Assembly: GCA_024226335.1 (NCBI GenBank) | Contig: JAAELY010000105.1 | Span: 129-64,128 of the forward strand | Direction of reading: 5' to 3' | Source of the DNA: a bacterium | Lineage (GTDB): Bacteria; Myxococcota_A; UBA9160; SZUA-336 | Length of the DNA stretch: 64,000 nt | In this document: piece after piece, positions 38,307 to 48,284 of the stretch | How the letters are laid out: every line of letters begins with the position of its first letter | Position numbering within the stretch: the stretch's first letter is position 1 | Translations under genes and position numbers: made by a program | Notes under the pieces: generated by a model | What the model was told of the DNA's origin: nothing | The model's input: the letters and a program-made list of their open reading frames with translations, nothing else | Databases searched by the model: none

Positions 38307-38816
38307 CTACGCAAAGACCTCGTCGTGGCTCACCAGGAGCAACGCGCCTGGATAGGTCGCCAAAGCGGCTTCGAGTCGTTCGACCCCGGGCAGGTCCATG
38401 TGGTTGGTCGGTTCATCGAGCACAAGAGCCCAGACCTGGCGTCCAAGAGCGAAAGCGAGCATGAGCTTGCGCGCTTCCCCGGGTGAAAGACTGCGCGAGG
38501 CCAGAAGTCGGTCGGGATCTACTCCCAGGGCCGCGAGCACGGTCAGGACGCGACCGCGCATATCTGGGAGGAGCGCTCGCACTCGATCGAGCAAATCGAA
38601 TTCCTGTCGCGCATCCAGTTCCTGCGGCAGCTACAACAATCGCTCCTCAGGGATGCGCATGCGACCGACCAGTGTCTCCAGTAGCGTGGTCTTGCCGGAG
38701 CCGTTTGCACCCACCAGGCCGGTCCAGCCGGTGGGAATCCGGAAATTGAGATCGTTCGATAGAGGTGCTGCGCCGGAATAGGAGAAGGCAGCACGCGAAA
38801 GCGCGATGGAGAGCAT
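38307..38816 (-). pseudogene. short ABC-transporter ATP-binding protein interrupted by an in-frame TAG
   Basis: Walker A (GANGSGKTTLL) lies in ORF 38631-38816. In the same frame after TAG (cta at 38631-38633 on the plus strand) come the ABC signature (LSPGEARKLMLA), Walker B (LVLDEPTNHMD) and the H-loop (LVSHD). Confidence 0.6.
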
Positions 38817-39037
38817 GGGGACATCCTCTGGGCGCGCGATACTCCGAGAACCCGGAAACCGAAAGCTCGAGTGAACTCGCGCGTGGGTTCGAGATCAGGC
38901 GATGCCAGGATCGCCGGGAACCGTCAGGTCTAGAGGATGTGGTCTATCACTCCGCTTCTCCGATAAATGGGGAATCGTGAGATTCCTCCGCCAGCAACGG
39001 GTCGCAGCTTAGTCCTGAAAACCGCAAGATACAAGGC

Positions 39038-40288
39038 ATGGATCTCTTCGAAATTCTCGGTGCACTGACCACCCTCGCCGCATTGTTCAGTTGGGTCAAT
39101 TTCCGTTTCATCGGGTTGCCGACGGCGATCGGCTTGATGCTGATTGCCCTGGTCTTTTCGTTAGTGCTGATCGCGCTGGGTCGCATGGGTTTCGGAATCG
39201 AAAACGAGGCGCGGGCGATTCTGAAGGCGATGCCTCTGGACCAGGCGCTCATGCACGGAATGCTCGGAGCATTGCTATTTGCGGGTTCGTTGCATGTGAA
39301 CCTGAACGAACTCGCTACCCAGGGTCGCGTGATCGGAACCCTGGCCACAATTGGCGTGGTGACCTCGACTCTGATCATCGGAATCGGCGCCAGTAGCATC
39401 GGCGGCTGGCTCGGGATCGACATCCCCTTCATGTACTGGTTGCTCTTTGGCAGTCTGGTTTCTCCAACGGACCCGATCGCGGTGCTGGCCGCACTCAAAC
39501 GCGTGCACGTGCCCAAGACGCTCGAGGTCAAGATCGCGGGCGAGTCACTTTTCAATGACGGGTTTGCCGTCGTGCTTTTCCTGGTCCTTCTAGCTGCGGC
39601 CACAGGCGCCGACAGTGGAGAAACGATCAGTTCAGGCGAAGTCGTGAGGCTCCTTCTGCAAGAGGCGATCGGCGGGGTTCTGTTCGGCCTTGTCATTGGC
39701 TGGGTCGCCTATCTGATGCTCCGCAGCATCGACGACTATCAGATCGAGATCCTCATCACACTCGCCGTGGTGACGGGCGGCTACGCACTCGCGCACGCTT
39801 TGCACACATCGGGTCCTCTCGCGATGGTGGTCGCGGGCCTGCTCATTGGCAACCACGGGCGATCGTTTGCGATGTCGGATCGGACCCGAGAACGACTGGA
39901 CGACTTCTGGGAACTGATCGACGAACTCCTGAACGCTTTGCTGTTCATGTGGGTGGGATTCGAAGTGCTCATCATGAGCTTTGAGCCCACTCGACTCACC
40001 TTGGGACTGCTGTGTATTCCTCTGATGCTGCTCGCGCGCTGGCTCAGTGTGCGAATTCCGGTTCTGGTATTGTCGCGCTCGCGTACCTTCAGTCCGCACG
40101 CGACTGCGATGTTGACCTGGGGTGGTCTGCGCGGTGGGATCTCGGTCGCGCTTGCGCTATCGCTTCCTGAAAGCGAGGCGCGTCCCTTCCTCGTCGTGGC
40201 GACCTACATACTGGTCACGTTCTCGGTACTCGTCCAGGGACTGACGCTCGAGACCGTAGCCAAGCGTTTCTACGGCACGGAAGACTGA
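39038..40288 (+). CDS. CPA1 family Na+/H+ antiporter (NhaP-like)
   Basis: A 416-aa protein with 11-12 TM helices. Contains a CPA1 block similar to NhaP (SLFNDGFAVVLF) and a motif (TDPIAVLAAL). Confidence 0.85.
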   Translation: MDLFEILGALTTLAALFSWVNFRFIGLPTAIGLMLIALVFSLVLIALGRMGFGIENEARAILKAMPLDQALMHGMLGALLFAGSLHVNLNELATQGRVIGTLATIGVVTSTLIIGIGASSIGGWLGIDIPFMYWLLFGSLVSPTDPIAVLAALKRVHVPKTLEVKIAGESLFNDGFAVVLFLVLLAAATGADSGETISSGEVVRLLLQEAIGGVLFGLVIGWVAYLMLRSIDDYQIEILITLAVVTGGYALAHALHTSGPLAMVVAGLLIGNHGRSFAMSDRTRERLDDFWELIDELLNALLFMWVGFEVLIMSFEPTRLTLGLLCIPLMLLARWLSVRIPVLVLSRSRTFSPHATAMLTWGGLRGGISVALALSLPESEARPFLVVATYILVTFSVLVQGLTLETVAKRFYGTED

Positions 40289-41397
40289 TCTCGCGCGCGT
40301 TCGTCCAGTTTCGGATCGCTTTCGGCGAGGGCTTTCTCGATCGCCTCGATCCGGTCTCGCGCAGTGTCGCGTCGTGACTTGATTGCCCCGCGCTCTGGAC
40401 CCTCGGGTGCGGCCTCGAGTTCCACGTCCAACTCTGCACACTTGCGCTTCAGTTCCTGACGCTCTTCGAGCAGATCGTTTTGTGCGGCGGCCGCTTCCGC
40501 TTTGTCGAAAACGATTTCCTCCGGCGCCGGCTTCGCCGTCCTCGATTTGAGGGGTGCCGTCTCATCCGGTTCTGCGATCACCTGCTGGTTGCGATCGAGG
40601 AGGCGCTGGTTGACGAAGGCCGGGGATACGATCTCGATGCCATCTGCGTGCAGGGAGTCGAGGATTGCCGTTCGCAAACGAGTGCGCGCGCTCAACAATT
40701 GCTTGACCTCGGAGAGAAATCCGCACACGCGATAAGAGATCGAGAAATCCCCGAGTTCCAGTAGTTGCACATAGGGGTCTTGAAGCTCGGCGGCGTGCGC
40801 TGCTTCGATCAGCCGCTCCTCGACCCGATCGTGGGGGATGTCATAGCCCAGCGAAAGTGTTGCGGAGATGATCGTGCCCGAAGAACGAACGACCTTCATC
40901 GGGTTCGAAACCAGAAAGAGATTGGGCAACGTGACCAGATCGCGATCCTCGGTCTGCAGTTCGATATGTAGCAATCCGCGTTCCGTAACACGACCGAGTC
41001 GATCGGCCACCTCAACGAAGTCGCCCGGTCGGAAGTTGCCCACGGCCCGCAGCATGAGGCCTGCCATTGCGTTTCCGATCAAGGTCGTCGATGAGAGTGC
41101 GATGGCCGCCGATAACACGATTCCCAGGAGGCTCAGCAGCTGTCCGCGCATCGTCTCACCTACAGGCAGGCTCAGTACCACGGCGATCGCCCCAGTTGCA
41201 GTCAGCGCGACCATCAACAACTGCTTCGTTATGCGACTCGTCGCTTCGAGTGAAGTCTCGCGCCTGAAAAGGAGGTAGTTCGTCAGGGCCAGAATCACCA
41301 AGACCAGGCTCGAAGTGATGATCAGTGGCAGAAGCGTCCAGAACACCTCGATGATTCTGGAAACGAAGTCAGCGTCGAGGAGATTGCTCAGGGACAT
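40270..41397 (-). CDS. MscS-family mechanosensitive channel
   Basis: Three N-terminal TM helices and the MscS beta-domain (FRPGDFVEVADRLGRVTERGLLHIELQTEDRDLVTLPNLFL), followed by a C-terminal charged coiled-coil tail. Confidence 0.8.
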   Translation of the reverse strand: MSLSNLLDADFVSRIIEVFWTLLPLIITSSLVLVILALTNYLLFRRETSLEATSRITKQLLMVALTATGAIAVVLSLPVGETMRGQLLSLLGIVLSAAIALSSTTLIGNAMAGLMLRAVGNFRPGDFVEVADRLGRVTERGLLHIELQTEDRDLVTLPNLFLVSNPMKVVRSSGTIISATLSLGYDIPHDRVEERLIEAAHAAELQDPYVQLLELGDFSISYRVCGFLSEVKQLLSARTRLRTAILDSLHADGIEIVSPAFVNQRLLDRNQQVIAEPDETAPLKSRTAKPAPEEIVFDKAEAAAAQNDLLEERQELKRKCAELDVELEAAPEGPERGAIKSRRDTARDRIEAIEKALAESDPKLDERARDQSSVP

Positions 41398-42431
41398 TCC
41401 TCTCGCACGATTTCAATCGCTCGTCCGAGCGTGTCGAGTCGCTCGTGCGCAGAATCTCCGCGCGCGTGCAGCATCATCTGACCGACACCGACATCCCGGT
41501 ACATGCGGATCCGCTCGCGGATGCGCTTCTCGTCGCCGATCAAACTGGTCTTGAGTACCAGTTCGTCCGGGACACGCTGGATGGCTTCCTGGCGCTTGCC
41601 GGCCTTCCAGAGTTTCTGGACCTCGATCGCCGCATCTTCGAAGCCGCCTCGGCGATAGGCCTCGTTGTAGAAGTTGGTCTTGGCGGAACCCATCGCACCC
41701 AGTGAAAACGCGACTCCCGGCTTTCCCTTCTCGATCAATGCTCCCAGATCACCGAACTCCACCGGCGCGCCAACGCCGATTACCAGATCGGAAAGCTCGC
41801 GCCCGGCCTTCTTGGCTCCTGCGCGCAGATACGACAGATGGGCTTCCGCCTCTTCCGGAATGAAAGACGTACCGAGCCAGCCGTCAGCCGCCGCGCCTGT
41901 GTACTCCAACGCCTTCGGACCCAGCGTCGCCAGATAGATGGGGATGTCGGGGTTTGCGGGCTGGCTCAGGCGCAGCGCCTTGCCCTCGCCGCCGGGTCGT
42001 GGGAGCTGAAATTCGCGCCCGTGGTATTCGAGCTTTTCACCCGCGAATGCTTTGCGCACGATTTCAACGGTCTCGCGCATCCTCGTCAAAGGTCGTGCGA
42101 AAGACTGGCCCTGAAGGCCTTCGACGACCTGAGGACCGCTGGCGCCCAGCCCCAGGATGAAACGCCCGCCCGAGAGCCGCGACAGGGTCAGCGCAGTCAT
42201 CGCAGTCATGGAAGGCACGCGCGCGCTGATCTGCATGATCCCGGTACCCAACTGTATGCGTTCCGTACGCGCAGCCAGAAAACTCAGGGAGGTGACTGCG
42301 TCTTCGCCCCAGGCCTCGGCCGACCAGGCCACGTCGACTCCGATTCGCTCGGCTTCGACTGCAAAATCAATCACTGCAGTGGGATCCGTCCTTCCAGAGT
42401 CCGCACTGCCGATTCCGATCCCGATCTTCAT
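41388..42431 (-). CDS. LLM-class (luciferase-like) F420/flavin-dependent oxidoreductase
   Basis: TIM-barrel LLM blocks (FAVEAERIGVDVAWSAEAW…RIQLGTGIMQI…GRFILGLGAS). Confidence 0.8.
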   Translation of the reverse strand: MKIGIGIGSADSGRTDPTAVIDFAVEAERIGVDVAWSAEAWGEDAVTSLSFLAARTERIQLGTGIMQISARVPSMTAMTALTLSRLSGGRFILGLGASGPQVVEGLQGQSFARPLTRMRETVEIVRKAFAGEKLEYHGREFQLPRPGGEGKALRLSQPANPDIPIYLATLGPKALEYTGAAADGWLGTSFIPEEAEAHLSYLRAGAKKAGRELSDLVIGVGAPVEFGDLGALIEKGKPGVAFSLGAMGSAKTNFYNEAYRRGGFEDAAIEVQKLWKAGKRQEAIQRVPDELVLKTSLIGDEKRIRERIRMYRDVGVGQMMLHARGDSAHERLDTLGRAIEIVREECP

Positions 42432-42469
42432 CTGATTTCCTTCACGTGGTCCCGTTGCCGGGTTTCACC

Positions 42470-43198
42470 CTACCAGGGCTCGACCCAGGGGCGCAGGTCG
42501 AGTTCATGAGTCCAGGCGCTGCGCGGTTGTTTGTGCAGCATCCAGTAGTTCTCCGCGATGTCATCGGGTCGAAGCAGGCCATCATCGGGTCGAGACTCCG
42601 CGAGTTGCGGGAAATTCTCTCGGATCCAGGGCATGTCGATTGGTCCGTCGATGATCGTATGTGCCACGTGGATGCCTTCGGGTCCGAGTTCTCGGGCCAT
42701 GCTCTGAGCGAGCGCGCGAAGCGCGTGCTTGGCACCTGCGAATCCCGCAAGCCCCGTTCGCCCACGCAGACTTGCAGTCGCGCCCGTGAATAGGATCGTT
42801 CCCTTCCCGCGGGGCGTCATGCACCGAGCGGCCTCGCGGCCCAGCAGGAATCCCGAGAAACAGGCCATCTCCCAGATCTTGTAATACTTGCGGGTGGTCA
42901 TCTCGCGAATCGGAATATTCACGTTCGCACCGATGTTATGTACGGCGATTTCGATCGGGCCGATCTCGTTCTCGACGCGTTCGAAAAGCCCGACGACCTC
43001 GTCTTCTTTTCGCGCGTCGACGCCCAGAGGAGTGACGCGCCCACCCGCAGATTCGATCTCGCGGACCAGTTCACTCAGCTGGTCCGCCTTGCGCCGGACA
43101 GCGCACACGTGAAAGCCCTCTCGCGCGAAGCGTCGCGAGATCGCACCGCCCAGACCATCACCCGCTCCCAGGATCACTGCTGCCTTCTGATCGGCCAT
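42470..43198 (-). CDS. SDR-family oxidoreductase
   Basis: TGxxxGxG-like motif (VILGAGDGLGGAI) and an active-site YxxxK-like motif (GFAGAKHALRAL). Confidence 0.85.
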   Translation of the reverse strand: MADQKAAVILGAGDGLGGAISRRFAREGFHVCAVRRKADQLSELVREIESAGGRVTPLGVDARKEDEVVGLFERVENEIGPIEIAVHNIGANVNIPIREMTTRKYYKIWEMACFSGFLLGREAARCMTPRGKGTILFTGATASLRGRTGLAGFAGAKHALRALAQSMARELGPEGIHVAHTIIDGPIDMPWIRENFPQLAESRPDDGLLRPDDIAENYWMLHKQPRSAWTHELDLRPWVEPW

Positions 43199-43797
43199 CA
43201 GCCTTGTTTCCGGGCGGCCTTTTCCACGAACATGAGTCGATCTGCGCCGAAGAACATTTCATCGCCGACGAAGAACGTCGGGGCGCCGAACGCGCCGCGT
43301 TCCACCGCTTCTTCGGTATTGCTGCGCAACTCGTTCTTGATCTCGGCCTCGCTCGAACGCTCGAGCAGTCGCTTGGCATCGAGCCCGGCCCGATCGAGTA
43401 CACCGGCGATGACTTCGGGATCGCCCATGTTCTGACCGTCGACCCAGAAAGCGGGGTAGACGGCCCCGTGGAACTCCTGGAACACGCCTTCGTGTTGAGC
43501 TGCCACACACGTGCGCATGGCCAGAAGCGTGTTGATCGGAAAATTCGGATTGCTGTTGAACGGCACCCCGTAGTGTTCCACCCAGCGTCGGGTCTCTGCA
43601 CCGAAGTAGCGGAGCTTATTCTGCACCGTTTCCATGGCTGGAGACTGGTTCCCCGTGGCCTTGAACACGCCACCCAGAAGCATGGGCCGGTATTTGATCG
43701 CGGCACCCGTGCGTTCGCACAGGTCGGCCAGTTGGGTGTCCGCCAGATAGCTGTACGGACTTCCATAGTCGAAGAAGAACTCGATCCTGGGGGACAT
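43198..43797 (-). CDS. 2-hydroxychromene-2-carboxylate isomerase / DsbA-like thioredoxin-fold protein
   Basis: IEFFFDYGSPYSYLA N-terminus and the GAFGAPTFFVGDEMFFG block, as in HCCA isomerases. Confidence 0.8.
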   Translation of the reverse strand: MSPRIEFFFDYGSPYSYLADTQLADLCERTGAAIKYRPMLLGGVFKATGNQSPAMETVQNKLRYFGAETRRWVEHYGVPFNSNPNFPINTLLAMRTCVAAQHEGVFQEFHGAVYPAFWVDGQNMGDPEVIAGVLDRAGLDAKRLLERSSEAEIKNELRSNTEEAVERGAFGAPTFFVGDEMFFGADRLMFVEKAARKQG

Positions 43798-43824
43798 GGG
43801 GGCCTCGAATGGGTGATTGGGTGA

Positions 43825-44319
43825 ATGGACGCAATGAACTCGTCAACCATATTCCCGACGAGCGAGGATTTCAATTTCGACGAAATCCGGTTCGCGTCAG
43901 CGGCTCGTGTTCCAGACTCGCCAGCCTCGCGGTATGCTTGCTCGATGGCCGAACTTCCGCCTCCACTGAGCCGTCAGGAACTCACGAGATTCCACAAGAC
44001 CTTGTCGAACTGGGGCCGCTGGGGTGAGAAGGATCAGCTGGGAATGCTGAATCTGATCACCCGAAGCAAACGAGTCGACGCGGCCCTTGGCTGCGACGGA
44101 GTAACCGACGTAATCCCATCGCGTGTCCCGGAAGTTCGCCTGCCGATCCACTCTATCGCGATTCCGATCCTGGGACTGCATCTGATCGACAATCTGCAGC
44201 TCGACGATCTGGCTCGGGTCTGTCGAGAGGAAGAGCGCATAGAATTCCAGCTGACCATCGCACCTCTGGTACTCGAACGCGGCACTGCATCGCCCGTCAA
44301 CCCGATCGCACTCTTCTAG
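43825..44319 (+). CDS. short ORF with a putative-cyclase-family-like N-terminal motif (possible gene remnant)
   Basis: LSNWGRWGEKDQLGMLNLIT resembles a block recalled from the N-terminal region of cyclase-family (arylformamidase-like) proteins. At 164 aa it is about half the usual length. Confidence 0.3.
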   Translation: MDAMNSSTIFPTSEDFNFDEIRFASAARVPDSPASRYACSMAELPPPLSRQELTRFHKTLSNWGRWGEKDQLGMLNLITRSKRVDAALGCDGVTDVIPSRVPEVRLPIHSIAIPILGLHLIDNLQLDDLARVCREEERIEFQLTIAPLVLERGTASPVNPIALF

Positions 44320-44348
44320 TTTTCGGGAATGGGTTTTCCCGCGGCAGG

Positions 44349-45227
44349 TCAGTCGCTGGTCGGAAGTTTCAGGTCTTCCATGCCCGGCGGTGGTACCCCG
44401 ATCGGGTCCTTGCCTTCGACGATGTTCTGCATACGGCTCTCGATCATATTCATCCAGTGTGGATGGGTCTGGACGTAGAAGCTCTCGTTGCGAATCGCAT
44501 CCACCACGATGGATCCGACTTCAATGGGATCCAGTCCCTTGGCGAGCATGCCCTCGACGATCTTGCGCATCAGCGCAAGCTGTTCAGTCTCCTCACTCGG
44601 GGCCGGGCGAGGTGCTTCGGGACGGTTGCGCTCCGACTCGAGGATGCGCGTATTCACCCAGCCGGGACACAGAACCGATACCTTGATCTTCGAGTCGCGA
44701 TTCCCCAGCTCGTTGAACAGGCTTTCCGACAGCGCGACGACCGCGTGCTTGGTAACGCCGTAGATACCGGATCCCTGTACGAGACCCGCGATCGAAGCCG
44801 TGTTGACCACGTGTCCTTCGTCGCCTTGTTCGATCATGAGCGGCAGGAAACTGCGTACACCGTGAACGACTCCCCAGAGGTTCACGCCCATGACCCATTC
44901 CCACTCGCCCAGTGGCTGCTCCCAGCTTGTGCTTCCGCCTGAACCTGCGACACCCGCGTTATTGCACAAGACGTGTACGGCCCCGTAGGCATCGAGGGTC
45001 CGCCCGGCCAGCGCTTCGACTGATTCGGGCTTCGACACATCGCACTCGACGCCGATCGCTTCAAATCCCTTCGCAGTGAAATCGGCGACTGCTTCATCCA
45101 GAGGAGCGCGCTCGACGTCGGCCAGCACGAGCTTCATGCCCTGTGCAGCCAACTGGTTCGCAATGCCCTTGCCGATTCCACTCGCGCCACCAGTTACGAC
45201 CGCGACGCGGCCTTCAAAACTCTTCAT
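44349..45227 (-). CDS. SDR-family oxidoreductase
   Basis: VAVVTGGASGIGKGIA (TGxxxGxG) and the YGVTKHAVVALS catalytic motif. ATG at 45227. Confidence 0.85.
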   Translation of the reverse strand: MKSFEGRVAVVTGGASGIGKGIANQLAAQGMKLVLADVERAPLDEAVADFTAKGFEAIGVECDVSKPESVEALAGRTLDAYGAVHVLCNNAGVAGSGGSTSWEQPLGEWEWVMGVNLWGVVHGVRSFLPLMIEQGDEGHVVNTASIAGLVQGSGIYGVTKHAVVALSESLFNELGNRDSKIKVSVLCPGWVNTRILESERNRPEAPRPAPSEETEQLALMRKIVEGMLAKGLDPIEVGSIVVDAIRNESFYVQTHPHWMNMIESRMQNIVEGKDPIGVPPPGMEDLKLPTSD

Positions 45228-45420
45228 GTCGATGCCTCTACTCGGGAGATCTGGGATTTCCAATTCCGGAAAATGACTTTCGGGGTGCCGGGTCCACCGC
45301 AGTCTGGATTCGCATCATACCCGTTTCCCGATGGAACAACGGACGATCTCGGACCGCGGAGGGCGCAAGCCAGTCTTCGGAGTCCTGCAGCACTTCTATC
45401 GCGAGTGAAGCCGGCCCAGC

Positions 45421-46077
45421 TCAGCGAAGGTCATGCGGATGCAGGGGCTGGGCCAGGCCGAGGATTGGACACACTCCCAAACCCGTACTCAGCTGGAACA
45501 CCGACAAACCGGACTTGCGAAACGCCATCGTCGCTCGCCCGCTGGCCATCATCTGTATGCAGACATCGGTTGCGGGAACGACTGCTACCAGATCGTGTCC
45601 GAGCCAGCCCAGTTGTCGGGCCAGTGGAAAGCGGCCGCGCGCCATGATCACGTCCGCATCGCGGTGCACGATGTGAAACGCGATGTTCGGTCGCGGGTTT
45701 GGCCTGGAGGCCACGAGCGGACTGTCATCGATGAGCGGTCTGGGGCCAGCATCGCGCAGCCGAACCAGCGAGAGGCTGCCGACGGGTGTGCAACGCCCCG
45801 CGGCACCTTCCAGATGACCCAACGGACTTCCCGGGTAATAGGCGACGGGTGACCGATCCTCTGACAGCGCCCGACAAATCCGTGTCGGAGGCAGGTAGAA
45901 GCCAGTCGGCCCATCGGCTGTCTGGAATGTGACTTCCAGATAGCCGCCGCGCGGCTGAGACGAGATCGCGAAGACCCTGTCCGGTTCTCGAAGGCCGATA
46001 CATGCGAGCATTCCCCAGGCGAGTGTGGCCAGGAGCGCAGCCTGGCGAGCTGAGTACGGAATTCGCAGTCGACTCAT
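45421..46077 (-). CDS. hypothetical secreted protein
   Basis: A 218-aa ORF with an N-terminal signal-like segment (AALLATLAWGMLACIGL). No known motif. Confidence 0.35.
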   Translation of the reverse strand: MSRLRIPYSARQAALLATLAWGMLACIGLREPDRVFAISSQPRGGYLEVTFQTADGPTGFYLPPTRICRALSEDRSPVAYYPGSPLGHLEGAAGRCTPVGSLSLVRLRDAGPRPLIDDSPLVASRPNPRPNIAFHIVHRDADVIMARGRFPLARQLGWLGHDLVAVVPATDVCIQMMASGRATMAFRKSGLSVFQLSTGLGVCPILGLAQPLHPHDLR

Positions 46078-46284
46078 CCGGCCATTCTACGCTGGCGGCT
46101 ACGTGCGTTCATGACTCGGGATGTGTGTATGCGGACGTAGATCAAGATTGCTCGACGGGTGCCGATCTCCTCATTGGCGACTGTGTCGCAGCTGCCGCCG
46201 TATCTCACGCAATCCCTCAACTTGCGCGATCGTACGGCCGAAGCGCCTTGAGGAATCGCACGAGAGCAACGTGAGGGGTCCAGA

Positions 46285-48261
46285 ATGAAGCTCGAGAAGT
46301 TTCGCGTTACGAATTTCCGCAGCATCAAAGACAGCGGTTGGGTCGAAACAAGACATCGCACGATCCTGGTCGGACGCAACGAAAGCGGCAAGAGCAATAT
46401 TCTGCTGGCTCTGCGCACGTTGAAGGCTTCGAGCATCGTCGAGCCTCTCTCGCTCATCTGTGACTTTCCGGCCGACGTACCTCGCTCGCAATACAAACCC
46501 AGCATGGACGTGATTCGGACCGTCTGGTCGTTGAGCGATACGGAACGCGAAGAACTCACACGAATCTTCCCCAGAGGTCGCAACCTCGAGACGGTGGAAG
46601 TCGGGCGGGGGTACGAACAGGATGCCTGGGTGCATTTTGAGGGGCTGTCCGAGGAGCCGGAACCACTGCCCGCATCTCCTGCGCCCGTCGCGGCCACAGC
46701 GGATTTCAATTCCGGATCGACGATGAATCCAGTCGGAATGCCCGGGGAGGAATCAGCTCCGGAAACCGGTAGCGCCGTCGCTGCCGAGGCGACCATGGAC
46801 GAACTGCTGAGCAAGATGCACGGTCACACAGCAGGCGTGACCAACGATCTGCTCAGCGGCGGCTCTGCTATGCAGACGTTCTCACAGTCCGAAGAAGCGA
46901 GCGCTGATCTCGATGGTGGCGACTCTGACAAAGTGGCGCGCGAGTGGGTCCTTTCACACCTGCCGTCGTTTTCCTTTCTGGAAGAGTATCCAGACATCAA
47001 TGGACACCAGAACCTCACGGCTTTCATGGACCGGCAGACCAGCAAGACTCCGTTTCCCGGCGATGAGTACTTCGAAAAGCTGCTGATTGCCGCTGAGATC
47101 GATCCCCACGGCCTCGATCAGTTGCTGACCGCCGATCCCAATGCGCGCCGCCAGCAGATGAGCCTGGCCGGAAGCGTCATCACCCGAAAGATGCGCGAAC
47201 TCTGGTCGGATCGCGCGCTGAAAATCCGCTTCGATCTGGACGGAGACAACTTCCACACAATGGTTTCGGATCCGAACTCCATTTACGACGTGGAGATCAA
47301 TCTCGGTGCTCGCAGTCGCGGTTTCCGCTGGTTCTTTTCTTTCTACGTGTGCGCAGCAGCGGATTCGAAGACGGGAGTGAATACCAATAGGATCATGTTG
47401 CTCGACGAACCGGGTATGCATCTGCACCCGCTGGGACAGCGCGATCTTCTCGATCATCTGGCGAATGACTTCGAGAACCAGGTGCTCGTAACCACCCAAT
47501 CGCCCTTCATGGTGCCAGCCGACAATCTCGCCGAGGTGCGGACCGTCAGCATCAGCGAGGATCGAGGTACGACCGTCAGCAATAACCTGTCCGGTGATCA
47601 GAAGACCGTTTTTCCCGTCATGCACGCCCTGGGCGCGGAGGTTTCCTCCAAGCTCCTGGACGGCGGCTGCGGTCTCGTGGTCGCGGAGGTCTCGGACCTT
47701 TGGTACCTGCGCGGAATCTCGAACCTGATTCGCGAGCGCGGTGGAACGGGGCTGCCCAGCAAGCTCGCGATCTATCCCGCCGGGGGAACGACCGAGGTTC
47801 TGTACATGATGGCGCTCCTGTCGCCGAAAATGGGCGGTGCGCTCGTACTGCGATCAGAGCATCCTTGCCCCGATCTATTGAAGGACCCGACTACGGCGGG
47901 CCTGATCCCGGACAATAACGTCATCTTCATCGGGGACCCCGGTAGCAACACTCCCGGCTTCAGCGCTGAAGTCGAGGATCTGCTCGAGCCGGGCATCTAC
48001 GACCAGCTTGTGCGCAACGCCTACAAGGCCGACCTCCGGGGCCGGGAGATGGTCATCGACGATTCCGAGCCGTACATCGTGCGGCGCTATCAGAACGCGC
48101 TCGAAGAGCACGGGCTGGAATTCTCGCGCGAGAAGGTCGCGCGGGTCTTCCTGCGCGCCATGTCACAGAGCCCCGAGGCCGTGGTCCCCGAGGCCAGTCG
48201 AGAGCGCTTCGAGACCCTGTTCAGGGCAATCCGCTCCAAGTACGAGGCCCTGAGCGGCTAA
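46285..48261 (+). CDS. OLD-family-like ABC-type ATPase with a C-terminal putative Toprim/DUF4435-like region (candidate class-1 OLD or fused PARIS AriA-AriB-like protein)
   Basis: N-terminus MKLEKFRVTNFRSIKD…LVGRNESGKSNILLAL (Walker A). An acidic, disordered insert. An ABC signature-like block (LGARSRGFRWFFSF). Walker B (RIMLLDEPGMHLHP) and H-loop (VLVTTQSPFMV). The C-terminal ~200 aa have an E-containing motif (LVVAEVSDLWYL) and D-rich motifs compatible with a degenerate Toprim. GAGGGG RBS. Confidence 0.7.
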   Translation: MKLEKFRVTNFRSIKDSGWVETRHRTILVGRNESGKSNILLALRTLKASSIVEPLSLICDFPADVPRSQYKPSMDVIRTVWSLSDTEREELTRIFPRGRNLETVEVGRGYEQDAWVHFEGLSEEPEPLPASPAPVAATADFNSGSTMNPVGMPGEESAPETGSAVAAEATMDELLSKMHGHTAGVTNDLLSGGSAMQTFSQSEEASADLDGGDSDKVAREWVLSHLPSFSFLEEYPDINGHQNLTAFMDRQTSKTPFPGDEYFEKLLIAAEIDPHGLDQLLTADPNARRQQMSLAGSVITRKMRELWSDRALKIRFDLDGDNFHTMVSDPNSIYDVEINLGARSRGFRWFFSFYVCAAADSKTGVNTNRIMLLDEPGMHLHPLGQRDLLDHLANDFENQVLVTTQSPFMVPADNLAEVRTVSISEDRGTTVSNNLSGDQKTVFPVMHALGAEVSSKLLDGGCGLVVAEVSDLWYLRGISNLIRERGGTGLPSKLAIYPAGGTTEVLYMMALLSPKMGGALVLRSEHPCPDLLKDPTTAGLIPDNNVIFIGDPGSNTPGFSAEVEDLLEPGIYDQLVRNAYKADLRGREMVIDDSEPYIVRRYQNALEEHGLEFSREKVARVFLRAMSQSPEAVVPEASRERFETLFRAIRSKYEALSG

Positions 48262-48284
48262 TAACGGCGCCTCCGCCGAGATCC

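Noticed and set aside
38947-39696. 249-aa minus-strand ORF opposite the Na+/H+ antiporter
   Set aside because: The plus-strand ORF is a 12-TM CPA1 antiporter. The antisense product is Ser/Pro/Arg-rich and not membrane-like.
46074-46814. 246-aa minus-strand ORF spanning the start of the OLD-like ATPase gene
   Set aside because: No motifs, and it overlaps two better-supported genes (the secreted hypothetical protein and the ATPase with its RBS and ATG).
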